A stretch of 64,000 nt of DNA, from assembly GCA_977020255.1 (NCBI GenBank), contig CDROCS010005764.1, positions 62,001 through 126,000 on the forward strand, read 5' to 3'. The notes beneath the pieces are model-generated. The model saw only the letters and a program-made list of their open reading frames with translations. It searched no databases and had not been told where the DNA came from. This stretch comes from Obrimoposthia wandeli. Its lineage: Eukaryota. A program made the position numbers and the translations under genes. Within the stretch, counting starts at the first letter, position 1, and the number at the start of each line of letters is the position of its first letter. Shown one piece after another: positions 34,101-48,908 of the stretch.

Positions 34101-36384
34101 ATTACTAAACTCACTTTCTTATGTAGATTTCTATCGGTTTCAAAGATTATCTTTCCTTCTAAGAAAACAGATTTTAAACTAAATTCCCCTCTACACGAGT
34201 AAACAACGAAAATTGTCAAAAAATATATTAAAGATTTTATATGTACTTAAACGAGGATTTCAAAATTGTTTTATGTCACTAACCCTTTCATCTAAGACAC
34301 GATTTCAATTTGTTAAAAGTAGTAAATTGTAAATTATTTGCATCATAATTTTAAAATTATAATTTAAATTATCAATAGATTTTATTATGTATCGTCATTG
34401 TATGCAGCTTCCGGATTTTTTAAAATAAATGCAGTAATTTCACTATTAAATTAACAACAAAAAACCAATATAACAACAAATATCAAAAATCTTTACTGCA
34501 TATATTTCGATTATTCATTAGGAGATCAGTTTAAGCCATCGGTTCCACGACGCGAAAGATTGTTGTTTTCGTTGTACATATGTGAAAGGATATTAACTAA
34601 AAACAAAAGGTAAGATAGTATATCCTAATTTAAAATCTTCAGTCGCTAGTTTTTCATGATGTCAATTTAATTGTCACAATTCCGAAATACAACGTTTTAT
34701 TTAACTAAAAGGACAAGTATATTTCCATTCATTTAACGTGATGTTTCCTCTGAATTTAGATGCAATTATAATTTCCATAAATCAGATACCGAATTGATAA
34801 ATCAGAATCATTTAGTTAAATATTGTGCTTATAGATTCGGAAATTTACTTATTTTTTCCAATTATAATAGTTATATTATATTTTAACGTTATTATTGCTT
34901 TATTATATATTATATGTAGAGTCTTATTTTGTAAATATTATTGAGAATATCATTATAATTAAAATACACATTTGAAAATATTCGATGTTTATTAATCTTT
35001 ATAATAAGTTAAGTTTATATATTTATGATAGAGGATAATTAAAATACACGCAACCCACCTAGAAATCATTTTATAAACACACTAGAAAAACCAAATATTT
35101 CTTGCTTGAGCTAAGATGAATGAGAAAATTATGATGTTCGATAGAATCGATTATTGGTGTTTAATCAACCTTTATTTTGATTTAATTGGCTTAACAGAGT
35201 CAGTGGAACATTTATCTACTTGACGGAATTTGAGTCGTGCAATGAGTCAGTGATTCAACTAAAATACTAACTCATACAATCAAAATTTTCTGAGGTAATT
35301 TAATGTCTTTGAATTTAAATTTTAAATTCCTTTAATAATCACAATTAGGTTTTTATTAATGACAATGAAAAAATAGTGTTATTAATAAAATTGAAAATTA
35401 TTTAAAACCTACACCAAACTTTTTTCGATCGATTTTCATGAGATTTCTAGATATACACCGACAATTTAATTGAAATCGGTTAGTTGCAACTAGTCGCAAA
35501 TTGATGTAGAACAGATAGAAATTTGATTTTCTTCTCAAATGATGTATTATAAACATGTAGATATAAAAGAATCAAAATACAATAGTATGTAGTTTGAAAT
35601 TTAACTGTTTCTTAATTGTTGAAAATTTAGTTATTTTTTCTGTCATCTGACAAAGGACCCTTCTCAAATGATAATCACAGGTTGATTTGAAACTTTTAAC
35701 TTAAAATTATTGTTGTTTTTTATATATAGGTCTTAATGGCGTTTGAACATTTTAAGAAATGCTAAATTTAATATATTTAATATATATAATCACTAACTTT
35801 GTTCGTATCAATTAAATGAACTCTAAATTTATAGCTTTAAACCTTGAGTACCTGATTTAATTGTGATAACAAACTCAATTAATATTTTATATGGATTTAT
35901 TTAAGCTTTTTCGATAATAATAAATTTAACCAAACCTGAATAAATTGAATATTTATTCAATGTCAATTGTATTATATTTAATTGAAATAGTTTGTCGTAA
36001 CTTTCTAAAATAAAAAGACATTAAAATGATTGTCAAGGATCAGTGAAAGATCATTTTTAAAAAATGTTTAAAATTACAATTATTTTACAAATATATTTTC
36101 AATATATTTAGACTTCAGATCATTTGTTACTCGATTTATACGGAAAAATATACTGCTAAATTAAAATGAACTTTCAATTAGAGCGTGGGCCCATAAAAAC
36201 AAAAAAGAGTATAAACATTTAATTATTTATATGGGACACATTTCAAATTAATCTGTGATTATCAGTTCAGACGGTTAGCTGAAGATTAATCACAAACTTT
36301 GACTTTTCTAATTTAACATATTTTTTTTATGGAACTTTTCAACATTATAATTATTTTTGCTAATAAACAACATTTTTCTTTCAG

Positions 36385-36474
36385 AGCATCGACGAAAAAA
36401 CGCTAGCAGAAATCAAGAAGGATTTTCTGGACACATTTGATGAGAATTCTGATAACAAAATTGACATTTCTGAA
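36385..36474 (+). CDS. Cbp53E: Calbindin-32-like exon (SIDEKTLAEIKKDFLDTFDENSDNKIDISE)
   Basis: TTTCAG/GTGAGT sites, 30 codons, EF-hand loop DENSDNKIDISE, phase 0 consistent with neighbouring exons. Confidence 0.92.
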
Positions 36475-37020
36475 GTGAGTGAGGAGCATATTTATTTTTG
36501 TTTCATAATCTGCTTCGTTACTTTAGTTATCTGCATTTTATTAATTCGGTGGAATAGAAATATACATACTACTTATAGAATTTTTAAAAATTACAGTTTA
36601 AATATTACAAAATAAAACATTACTTATTTTGTGTCAAATCGTTTAGTGTTTTTAACAAATCCTTCATAATTTATTAAAATATTAAAATGCCGTACACATT
36701 AAACAGAACTCGAGCTTTCAACGGAAATATTTTTAGTCTAATGGATAAACAAGTGATTAAATAAATAAATTCAATAAAGACATGCAAATTTCTCGGTCAA
36801 TAACATACTACAATATGGAATATTCTCTTCCAATGAGTAAAAGAAACATCATTTGACTTATTTCTTTTTTCTTAGTGTTTCTTAGAGCTACCGTAAGTTT
36901 TATTTTTCTTTGTCGCAAAAATATAACTGTGAAATTACTTTAATTAAAAATCATAAAAATCATATGCATAAATTAAAGGTTTTATAAAGATTAAGTTTTC
37001 CGAAATCATTTTTGGCATTC

Positions 37021-38645
37021 TGTTGGGGTTTCTAATTGAAACTCTTCGATTAGATCCTCGTGTGGAGGCCCGCAACTTGAGTTCTGTAGCGATAGGGCTT
37101 ACAAATGGATATTTTCCCTACTTAATTCTAGTCTCAAATCTGAATGTTTTGTGTCTTATTGTCTTGTGGTGTGTTCAAGCACCTGTGTTCACAGAATAGC
37201 TAGTAGGACTTTAATACTAGTGTGGTGTGATGTACGTAAGGTGGATCGCTTATCAGCTAAGTTAGCTTTTTTATGTCGGAAGGGTCTGCAACACCAAGGT
37301 TGAATATAAATGAAAGAGAGCCGGAATCAATCGACGTAGACAATACCCCTATGAATCTGTCAGCACGAGCAATATTGTCTCGTGGGTTGTTCCTCGGCTA
37401 ATCTATATGTTAGGGGCTCACGAATTTCACAAGGGAGTTAACTCGGAATGAATCTTCTATCGATTTCGCTAGAATAACTATATTTAACTTAGCACACTTA
37501 GAACTTCCTAAAATTACTACTGATATACACCATAAGGTTGACACTTTTCTATGCGTATATTTTTATACGCCTCTTGCTATAATCACACTCAAATTATTCC
37601 TCGTGCATTACTATCCGTCTATCTAACTATTTACTATAGTATACTATCTCTACACTTATACAATATTATGGTAATTTCACTTTTACAATTATACTTTTAC
37701 AATCAACGTAAATCAATTATCTATTAGTTTCAGGCTTTACTTTTAATTCAAGAATTATTAACTTCAATAAACCTTTCAATTCAAATATGTGTTTTACTCA
37801 CCAATTCCAAATTGTGCGATTTATAGCTCAAAACCTTCCAATTCAAATAACTTTGTTCAACTTCAAATAACTTTGTTCTACTTCAAATAACTTTGTTCAA
37901 CATCAAATAACTTTGTTCAACTTCAAATAACTTTGTTCAACTTCAAATATCTTTGTTCAAATTCAAATATCTTTGTTCAAATTCAATTAAATTTTTTCAA
38001 CTTCAAATAACTTTGTTCAACTTCAAATAACTTTGTTCAACTTCAAATATCTTTGTTCAACTTCAAATAACTTTTATCTGTAACTGTAACTCCAATTCTG
38101 ATGTTTTTCTGCAATTATTAGAAAATAAGTTCTTTTTTATATTAAAATGTACCTGTCAATTTCTCCCCGGCCGCTGAGTAGTCTGAGATATGTCTTCTGC
38201 GTCTCGACTCTAACGGAGATTTTGCGAGATTGTGTTTCTAGTGGCTTTTCTGAGAGCTTTGCTTTTAACGGATAATGGATTTTCCGGATTGCTAACGGAA
38301 TTCTGTAGAGTTTTTATTCTTGCTAACGGAATTCTGTAAAGTTCCTATTGCCACTGATGGATTCTGTCTCGTGGCGCTGGGTACTCTCTGTGCACTTAGT
38401 TGATTTCCTGTCTTCTCGTTCGATCCATGCAATTTTTCAATTTTATCTAATAATTTATCTTCTTTGTTGGCCTTTTTTACACTGTTTTACTAATCTTATA
38501 AACATTTTTCCACGACCTCTTCAAGGTCCTAATTTATTTTAATTTTTTATATTAAATTTATTTCGATCTTTGATTTTTTAAGGTTAGAATTTTAGTAAAA
38601 ATAATTGTTATTATTAATTTTATTTTCAATTTTCCTAATCTAACA
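37021..38645. mobile_element. Solo LTR, copy C, intronic
   Basis: TGTTGGGG...CTAACA termini and TSD ATTC (37017-37020 and 38646-38649). Confidence 0.88.
37842..38073. repeat. 20-bp tandem repeat (TTCAAATAACTTTGTTCAAC, ~11 copies) inside LTR C
   Basis: Directly visible minisatellite that is absent from the other LTR copies. Confidence 0.92.
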
Positions 38646-41160
38646 ATTCCATTTCATGATTAATATTTTTATTATATATTTGAAATATTCCTTATTTATG
38701 CTCTACTGTAAATTTACATTTATTTGCTTTTCTTATGATACATGATACGGTTTTATTTTTAATTGCTTTTTTTCTATCAGAATTTTTCTACTGAATAAGA
38801 TTGATTTCTTGATGAAGGCTGTATCACACGTAGGTCTGTCACATTATGTAGAACAAGTGCTACATATGACAGAATATCTGGAAACTCAATGGGAACTGCA
38901 TTCTTCCCCTTTCTTCGTTTTGTTGGATCCCCCGTAGAAATGTAACAGTCAATGAGATGGTATATGGCAAAATGTCAATAATGAATTACACTCGTGGAGT
39001 AATTAGATTTCCTTTGCACATTAGACGAAATTTCGAGCTCAAAGAAGCGCCAATAAGCAGTCTACAATGAGGACAAATGGTCATTATTAGATAAACTGAC
39101 AATGTATTGGGGATATTAGATTAAATCTGTCAGTAGGCCAATAACCTGGAGTATATGAGCAGCATAATTAACGGAGCTCACAATCTCGCTATATCCAGCC
39201 GACAAACGGCGATGAAAAACAGAAACGAAAGAAACTTCCTTGAAGAGCTAATCAGTCAAAAAATTATTTACATAAATTACCAGAGCGGTCATCAGAGAAG
39301 AAGGGGAGGCTAGCAAAAGAAGGACGGTAATGGAAATGAGAGACAAGACGATGGTAAGGATGAAGCTGGCAATGAAATATTAGCTGGGTTATCAGTTTTA
39401 TACTTATCACTTATCTGAGAATTCTTTTGAGACTGGTATTAACAACAAAGCGATCCCTCTCTTGGAAAATGTCATGTACTTTCACTTATTATAATTGGTT
39501 GCAGTTTGTTTATATAACTACGATCTGAAATTTTTCTATCCAGTGTTTTTACAGTGTATAAACTAAAAATCATCAGAAGAAATATAACATTAGAAATGAG
39601 AATTAAATTATTTTCATGGATAATTAAACGTTACGATATATAATAATATATGTTAGTTACACATTCCTAAATAAGATTAATTTAAATTTGTGTTTAAAGT
39701 GTAAATTAATTATTTAAAATTTTGTGGCAAAGTTTTTGTACATTACTTTAACACGTAATTTAATACGTACTTTATTCTTTACTTCGGCTTTTTTAAGCAT
39801 AATGAATAATATTAAGTAAATATATTCGAAAGATATTTGTAATGCCATGGGAGAATGATTTTTTTAAAGTTAGTGACCGACATTACAGTTTTTCAAATTT
39901 CAAAACAATTGAATTTATCAAAACCCACAGTTTATATAATTAACTATACTGTAAAGTTGTCAATTAAATGTAAAAACATAAACCAATGGTGAACAAAAAG
40001 ATTAGTTTCAAATCAGTTAGATCTGTCAAACTGTTAGGAAATTTGGTAACTAGACAACATCAAGAATTGTAAATATTTATTTCCAAAAATATTTAACCCA
40101 AAGAGTATCCAAAAGGTGCCTAACAACTTTTCTAAGTTAAAGTATTGTAATAATTAATCAGTATAATTTAAAAAACCCTTTAAACGAAGATTAGAGTTAA
40201 TATCATTAAGAGTAGTTTCTCAAAGATTATTTTAGTATTAATCTATTTTTTCAATGAATATTACTTTTTAGTTCTTGACCCTAACAATTTCCTCCTAATC
40301 CTAGCAGTGGTTTTATAAATAATAGACCTTATAAAGATGGGACGCTGAGATTTTTAGGATAGTGACTGAATTGAAATTTGTGTATTTAAATTATCAAACT
40401 TACTGTTAACGGAGCAAAAGTTCATTCAATTTTTTGAAGAAAATATTGCGGTTTTATATAATATTTATTAGGACGACTTTTATTTCTTCGAAAATAATAC
40501 TGTAAGACTGTCAGATTTTACTTCTGAATTTATGAAATAATAGAATAAACATATTTCAAAATTTATTTGAATTTTTTTATGATAATTTTTTAAAGTTTTT
40601 TTACAAAATGGTGATAATATGTTAATTTTAAAAATTTAGTTCTATTATAAACGTGTTTTAAAAGTGTGAAACATTTTTGGCACAAAATTTAGTTATACTT
40701 CTAACTTCAACATTATTAAATCTCATTAAACTGAAGAATCTACAATAAAGCAAAGTTAATTAGTTTTATTTATAAAATTAAACATTTTAATTCATCTTTA
40801 TAAAACTATAACAAACCGTTAATTTATTGGCATTATTTTAGAAATATAAAGTGAAAAAAAAGATCTATTGTAAAATTGTACAAAGATCCCGTTTGACCAA
40901 TATGATAAATATTCAAATTTTGCAAACTATTTCTCTATCACAAAACACTCTTGATCAGGAAACTGAAGTTTTTAAGAAGTGCAATTATAGTAAGTCAAAT
41001 TTAAATTAGAAAGATAAAGAATAACTAGGTAGGAAGTATTCATTTCAATAAATCATACATGCTAAAAGTACAAAGAAACTTACAATGTCACTAAAAAGGA
41101 AAATATATAATATTTTTACAATGATTTATTTTCCTTCTTTTAAATACATTTTACTTTCAG

Positions 41161-41247
41161 CTTGCCCAATTTTTGCCAACAGATGAAAATTTCCTGCTGC
41201 TGTTTAGAAGAAACAATCCTCTTGAGTCAAGTGTTGAGTTTATGAAG
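41161..41247 (+). CDS. Cbp53E: Calbindin-32-like exon (LAQFLPTDENFLLLFRRNNPLESSVEFMK)
   Basis: TTTCAG/GTAAAT sites; near-identical to calbindin-32 LAQLLPMEENFLLLFRFDNPLESSVEFMK. Confidence 0.95.
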
Positions 41248-42805
41248 GTAAATATATCCTATTAGAGGTAATGATGTATGCTACTTGACGACAGCCTTAT
41301 TATTATTTTTATTATCATTATCATTAATGAATTTTTGCTACAGCATTTGCTAAATCAAAATAATTTTAAATTTTCATTGAGTTATCATATCGAAAACAAT
41401 AAAATGTGATGAACAATAAAAATAATTCCTGTGAAGAACAGGTTTATTACACAAGTGAATGAAATTGTAGAAGGTGTTAAACTAAGGTTAGGTTAATGTT
41501 ATTTTGCGCTATAATTTAGAAATAAATAACCAAGCCTATATGGCAAAATTGAAAAGTTGACAACAACATAATATGAAATGATACTTAGATTTTATCATGT
41601 ATGGACAGATAGCATAAGTTGTAGTTGTTTTTGAAACATCATTACAACCTTGTTCTTTTAACTAAAAAATATTTTCCATAGATTTCAATTTTGTTCAGTG
41701 ATTTGTGTCGATACTCGTGAAAGATAGAGGCAATAAAATGCAAGAAAGTGTAATAAAATAGTTGATCATAGAATAAATGAAGATTTTATGACATAATCTT
41801 CAGCAATCTTCCAAAGTTGTTTTTGTGTGATTAAATTTCAAACAAAGCTATGGTTTATATAATGTATATAATAGCTAAAGTGTATGGAATTTGTTATTTT
41901 GACAAATTAACCCGAAATTATATATTAAGTTTTATAAAAATTTATTCCAAAGTCAATTAAGTTGCTTTTTATATAATATTGAAATGATACAGGATATTTA
42001 TATTTTACTGTATCCTTTTCCAGTTAACGTTCTCAAGTGTGCACCTCTGAATTGGTAGGAATTGAATGACGATGCAGTGTTATAGCAGTTAAATGGCGTC
42101 CTGGTGTTATAATTGGAGCGGTCAAAACGTTTTCATAAAGATTTCAAAAACAACAAATACTTATATAAATATAATAAAACGTCCAGCTATGACAAATAAT
42201 TACCAGATGCATATATTATGTCTTGTAAATCCTCAAGAAGTTTGTTCACGTTCTTCAAAAATGAGTTGTTTTGAATTGCTTTACAAGTATCATGAAAGAA
42301 GTCTTTTAAATGAACATAGCCAACAAACTTTCTGTGACAGTGCTTAAATTATAAGAAATTAAATAGCCACATAACATGGAAATTAAAGTATGGACTCGAT
42401 GAGGACCGGTTTCAAACATTTACACCTATACGTTGCAAAGAAGTATTTGTTCTTTTCTATACATGCATCATTCATGTGTCGTTGTTGATCAAGCTATTAA
42501 GATAACAATAAACCATTTTAAAATATAAATTAGAGCCATAACTGTTACTTGTTTTTTCTTTAAAAAATTCATTGATTATTAATAGAGCATTTTCACTTTC
42601 TAAATTTTTAATGTTTGATACGTTTTTTTCAGTCAAAGTTGTGACACTGGAATTGTGGATGTTTAAATGGTTGCTAGTGCTAGTGCTTCAACTCCCCATG
42701 AATTTCTAGTAAATAATGAATATATGAAGGTTTCAATTTAATTTCCTTCGGGTGTAGATGAAATATTTGTAGCATTATTATTTTAATTAAATGCTTCCTC
42801 TGGAC

Positions 42806-43091
42806 CAGGGGTTCCCAAAGTGTGTTCCGCAGAACCCTAGGGTTCCGCCAAAAAAATTGGGATTTCGTCAGCTTTTTATTTATTTCTGTTACCTAACATT
42901 TTGTTTGTTCTATTATATGATTTGCGTATTTTTCAATGTATACGATTTTTTTTAAAGTTCCATGAAAGTAAATAAAGTCTTGTATCATCAAAGTTAGATA
43001 AAACTGGGTTCATTCATAAAAATAAAAAGGGGTTCCACAAGCTATGGAAAACTTTAAGGGTTCCACGGCTAACAATGTTTGGAAACCCCTG
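42806..43091. mobile_element. hAT-Charlie-type MITE (286 bp)
   Basis: TIRs CAGGGGTT(C/T)CCAAA; degenerate 8-bp TSD CTCTGGAC/CTTTAGAC resembling the NTCTAGAN Charlie target. Confidence 0.85.
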
Positions 43092-44020
43092 CTTTAGACA
43101 AAACGAATTTATTAAATATAAATATAAAATATGTGCATTAAAACTTTACGTACAAAGCTAATATTTCAAATTCTTAAAACTTATTTGATAAATCTTTTTT
43201 TAATAAATGAAAATGAATTTTGTCAAATATACCTAATTCTCTTTTTATATTGCAGATACGTTCCACAGAAAACCGTGTAAAAAAGATATAGACTCCATAT
43301 TAAAATAGGGGATACGTTCCATAACTTCCAAAAATACGTGCAAAACGAAATAAATATATATAAACTGTGCAAAAAAAACAGTTTGTAATTCTAAACGGAA
43401 TAAAAATCATAAAAAGTGATATTAAATGTGATAATGAAAATTAATCTGATTTTTGGCGACGATATATTGTTCAGATATTCACCAAATTGTAATTTACTTT
43501 AATGTAATATAATTTCAAACGGAAAAATATTATAAATGGAAATAGTAATAATAAACATGCGGAATAAGGTCTTCTAAAATTTGCTCCGATACTTTTTACC
43601 AACATTTTCATATTTCCTTTAATTATAAAAATGTTGTTTTATTACATACATAAAATTGGAAACTTTTCTCAAATAGTTGCAACCTTAATATACCCTATTT
43701 TATCGAATAGAAGCTATAAACCTACATTTCAATTTAACTCCCGATCCGATTTTTTTAAAATTAAAAATCACCAAAATTGAATACAAACATGCCTAACTAG
43801 AGTTACAAAACATGATTTTTGTAGACTCCATAATGATTCATCAGAGTCATATTACTCAATGGCATCAACTTCCATGTTGTTATCATCTTCGTGCTCGTCA
43901 TCCCCCTTGACATCGATTAACATGCATTGTTATCACTGTTTGCTCGAAGGAGATGACAAAACGTATCGAAAGGATTATCGCATTTAAAAATTATTTAAAA
44001 AAATATAAAGTACAATATTT

Positions 44021-46003
44021 TTAAACCAAACTGAGGTGAAGATATTTTGATGATATTAAATCCGAGGAAGCATTAGAAAGATGACATTGAATATCTTCGG
44101 CAAGCTTTTCATACTGTAGTTCATAATTACTCATTACTATTCTTACACATAAAGTCAGATGTTCATCTGTCAGACGAGAGCGACGTTTTGTTTGTATTAT
44201 ATTCATTGTAGAAAACGTAGTTTCACAGATATAAGTAGATGTAGTTAAGTAAGCTGCACATCTCCATAAGCATGGAAGTAGGTGGATATGTCCGGTCTAA
44301 TCCACAAATATACCTTATTGGCGTATCTCTCGTAATCAGTTCCATTTTTATTAACTACAAAAGCTTCCAATTTTTTAAAATGCTTTAAGTTTCCGATTCT
44401 CAGCTGAGCCTCTATAAATGCAAGTTTACTCACTTACCATTTCTGAGAATGTTTTATTTTTTCCCTTGGAGTTGCAGGTTTAAGAAATTCAATTTTCCCG
44501 TAAATTTTATCACACAGAAAAACAAGATCACACACACAGCTATCATCATTTCATTGGCTAAAAATCATAAAATATCTTTAAAACTTGCCGCGGCTTAACC
44601 ATCTCTCGTGGGTGTGCAGTAAAAGCTCTCTATGGTCAGATTCAGATTCTTCAAGTAATTCTTTGAACTTTCGTCTTTGCAGACTTCTTCCACGAATAAA
44701 ATTGACTATTTTAAATTCCAAATTAATTACATCATCGGTATTTAAAACTTTTAAGCACAACACCTGCGGATGAATAATGCAATGATAATCTGTAAAAGAT
44801 GGAAAATCATCATCATTCTTACAAAGAACTATGAATCCATTACGATTTCCAACTATTGATGGAGCACCATCGGTCGTAATAGATACCAACTTGTAAATTG
44901 GGAAATTTGTTTCAACGATGAACGACTTGCATAAATTATATTCATCCAAACCTCTCGTTTGTCCCTTCATCGGTAATATAGTCCATAGTTCTTCTCTAAA
45001 AGACATATCTTGGAAACACATTCTAATAAAGATACAATGTTGTGCAGTATCTTTTATATCTGTGGATTCATCGAATTGTAGGAATAAGAATTTACATTTA
45101 ATTATATCCTCTCTTCGAATTTCTTCTAAATTCTTACTTATCGCCTCTGTCCGATGCATAATTGTGTTTCTGGATAAAGACATATCCTTTATAGAAGACA
45201 ATAAATTCCGTATTATTATTAAATTATTTAAACAATAATTACCCTGCTCCAATAAAACATTTTTTATATACTTCTCCGTCTTTGAAAGGCTTTTATGTTT
45301 TATCAAAATCTGTGCTGCCTTAAATGATGCCATGGGGGCAGTTTTTGACTTGGTGATCAGTTTACGGAAGAAAGACTGCTGATTGTATAATTGTGACATT
45401 AACTGCTTTATCTTTGCTGCCCGTGTTTTGCTCCAAAAGGATACTTGTTTTCGTATTCTTTATGTATTGTTTTAAAGTGCCTTTCCACGTTGGCTCTTTT
45501 GGGATTAAGCATTTATTTGTCTTCATTGTAAAAAAGAACACATGCTTCCATTCATCATTGAAAATATTTTTTTTTGATTTTTTGTGATTCATTTTGCTTG
45601 GCTCATTGAGTGGAGGAAAATATTTAAAAGGCTTGTTAAAAATTCAAATTTAGTTTTATCGAATAAAGCATTTTTATTTTCAACAACAACAAAAAATTAA
45701 CAACTAAGATTAATTTTGAAATCAAAATTGTTGATTCCCACAAAGTACTTTTACTCCGATAATTTCATAAAAAAGATCTTGTTATATTAATGTCACTGAA
45801 AATTATAAATATCACATTTAAGCCGCCATTTGTGATTGTTCAAATAAATAATAATAAATTGCTATACATTTTAATGGTCTCTAGCCTTTATTATTAGACT
45901 TGTCCTCAAAATCCGAGAAAGATAAAAAATATTGAGTTGGCGGGCTACCAAAAAAATCTCGCGGGCTATCAATAGCCCGTGGTTCCCACTTTGATCACCA
46001 CTG
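44021..46003 (-). pseudogene. Degraded hAT-Charlie/Buster (GTF2IRD2/SPIN-like) transposon; 5' TIR at 46003, internal deletion, 3' TIR not found
   Basis: QFDESTD, SITTDGAP, HCIIH, RWLSRGK and STYICETTFS...KRRSRLTDEHL motifs spread over frameshifted ORFs; terminus CAGTGGTGATCAAAGTG on the minus strand. Confidence 0.9.
44277..44305 (+). other. Isolated 29-bp Polinton terminus inside the hAT transposase
   Basis: AGTAGGTGGATATGTCCGGTCTAATCCAC matches the reverse complement of 12878-12906 at 27/29 positions. Confidence 0.8.
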
Positions 46004-46767
46004 ATATAAAAACTTAAAAGTTTACTTTTATTAGTTTAAATCATTACATTTTGCAATTGCATCCAAATGAAATTGGCAAACTTTTAATTTTAAGTAGAAC
46101 AAATATTTTTATTTTTTTTAAAAAATTAATATAAATTATAAAATTTTACAAAATAACATAAAATATTTGAGTAAACTACAGAAACAAAAATATTTAAAAA
46201 CATTAAACATAATATAAAATATAAATAATTTTAGACTAATAATTTTTGATGAACTAAACATCATTTATATAAATTTATCTCCAAACAAGTATTTAAGTAT
46301 ATTTTCCTTCTGAAAAAGGTTATTGGACAACAAAAGTTTTCTCAGAAATGCCGAATTTAAATTTATTTCTAATTTATATAATTTCTTGGTGTCAAAGACT
46401 TCATATTTGATATATATTCTTGGTAATTTCAATTAAGCTCATTTGCCAATATACTTAAAATCACATTAAACATAATTTTTAAACGTCACCTTTGTTTCAC
46501 AAATTCTATAACCCTAAATTTCTACAATCAGATACAAAAATATTTTTAATGATTCATTGTAACTCTATTGGAAAATAATTTTCCTGGATAACAAGCTCAT
46601 GGAAAATACATGTACGTTCTGTAATTATGTATTTCGTGACATTTTATTTGAAATTCGGTCAAAAATGAGAAAATCATTGGATAACAATCCCATAGTGTAT
46701 TTTGAGATAGATTTTAATGGTAACACATGAGACTAATGAGTGACTAATGAGATATCTCATTATTTAG

Positions 46768-46824
46768 GTATGGAAGCAATTTGACAAGGACCGCAGTGGA
46801 TTCATCGAGGCCGATGAATTGAAG
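46768..46824 (+). CDS. Cbp53E: Calbindin-32-like exon (VWKQFDKDRSGFIEADELK)
   Basis: TTTAG/GTAAAT sites; canonical EF-hand loop DKDRSGFIEADE. Confidence 0.95.
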
Positions 46825-48703
46825 GTAAATTATAATTTTAAAGATCAATAATAATTTATATATCACAATACCTCGAATTGTTTTAGTTATTAGTCATTTT
46901 ATTAAATTGTAAAATTTATATTGCCAAATAATTTTAGATGGAATAGTTTAAATCTAATATAGTAAAATATAAAAATGAAGATAAATAAATGAAAATGAAA
47001 ATATTGATAAATGGTGAACTGAAGGTTAAATAAAAATAACAATTACCAAATATATTACACTTTATTGCACCTTCTTTATATGGGAAATTAATAAAAAATG
47101 CTGGTGAAAAACCAAAGCAAGTAGACGGCTTACAGGTTATATTAAAAAGTTAGTTACGAAACATAAAATACATTTTAAAAAAATCAAACGAAATGCGAGA
47201 TTTTTAACAAAAAACCCGGTTTGTAAAGTTCTAAAACAAACTGAAGTTAATTGACGAAGACAAAAATAACACTTAAACTAACAAAATATAATATGATAAA
47301 AGGAAAGAGTTTTCAGAATTTATGTTAACAGAAAGATCTGACTTTTCTACTTCTATGTATTCAGTGATAAAAAATATATTTAAATTCGATGGGTCGTTGG
47401 GGATTAATTTTATTGACACGATTTGACGCATGAAATATAAATATTTAGTAAGTCTCATTATTGTCAACCTTGTATGATTTGGGGCTGTCTATTAGCATCT
47501 GGTAAATTAGTTATACAGTTTGTTGATAGTACCTTAGATAACTCAAATTATCAAATGTTTTAAATCATCCCTTATTCCCTATTTTTGATATTACAAATAT
47601 GTTTTTCAGCAAGACACGTTAGTTGTCATGTTTCAAACTCAACTAAAATTTACTAGATCAAAATAACAACATATTTTGTCTGGCCTGCAATTTCTCGTGA
47701 TAATAGAACACTTTTGGAGAATTATATCGAGGAGTTCATAACAATTCGTTGGCGTATGATAACGTGGACTCTTTAAAAAAGTCAATTACTAAAGAAAGTA
47801 AAATTACTTTGAAAGAAACTATTCAAGAACTTTACATAAGTATGTATAAAAGAAATTTAAATGTTTAAAAAGCAACGGTCAATTATTAGTAAAATTTTTG
47901 AGTTTTTATCTTAATAAATATCGTTTTTATGTGTTATTTATGAAAATATTTCCACACCAACATTTCATATTTTTCAGTGTTTCAGTAAGAAATAAAAAAT
48001 AAATAATAATTGTTGGACACTAAAAAATACACGAATAAGAACTATCAATAAGCTTTTGATTTAAAATTCTAAAAAACATCAGTAGAAAATTATAAATATC
48101 TGTAAAAATATCGGACACACTTAAGAAAATCTAACAAATAATTATTGATATAAAACCTAAATAAAATCAATTAATAAAATGTTTAAATTAATATAGTACA
48201 AATAGAAATGTGTAATTTATCTTTAACAAAGAAGCTTATTATGGAAACATTACTTTAAAAATTCCATCTCGACAGAATTTGTGATATCGACACGGTCAAA
48301 AATATTATATACAAAATAACAATTTGACATATATATGGAACAGTAAATTTAGTTAAATAATAATAATAAAATATGAAATGATTGTATTGATTTCTAATAT
48401 ATTCCATTGTTGCAAAAGTGTGCCAAATATGTGTCTTCTCGAGCAAATTTATTTTAAAAATATTAGTGTCAAAAAAAAGTTTTTAAATTACTTGTACAGC
48501 ATTTTTACGTGAAATATTTTGTCTCTGATTTTTCCACACAATTTTTAAAAACTTATTAAAAAAAACTACTTAAAGGCAGTTTATTAAATTTAATTTCCGA
48601 GATGTAAAATTCTTGCAAAAACTTATTTCTTCATTAACATTTGTTTTACTTCATTTTAATAATTTTAAAAAATCATTAACTAAAGTATAATGAGATCAAT
48701 GTA

Positions 48704-48908
48704 CAGTCAGACCTCTACATAACGAACACCAACTTTTCAAAAAGTTCCATGTTCGTTAAAAAAAGGAACGAACAATTTAATAAACTTTTATTTATAAATC
48801 CATGTAAAGTTCAAAAAAGCAATAAAAATCCAGGGAATTTTGGTTTACCGTTCGTTAAAAAAAAAAGTGTTCGTTATGTAGAGTGTTCGTTATGTAGAGG
48901 TCTGACTG
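48704..48908. mobile_element. pogo/Tigger-type MITE (205 bp)
   Basis: Perfect TIRs CAGTCAGACCTCTACATAACGAAC and a TA TSD on both sides. Confidence 0.9.

Noticed and set aside
42806-46003. One 3.2-kb hAT element bounded by 42806 and 46003
   Set aside because: 42806 pairs with its own TIR at 43091 and has its own TSD; the flanks of 42806 and 46003 do not match.
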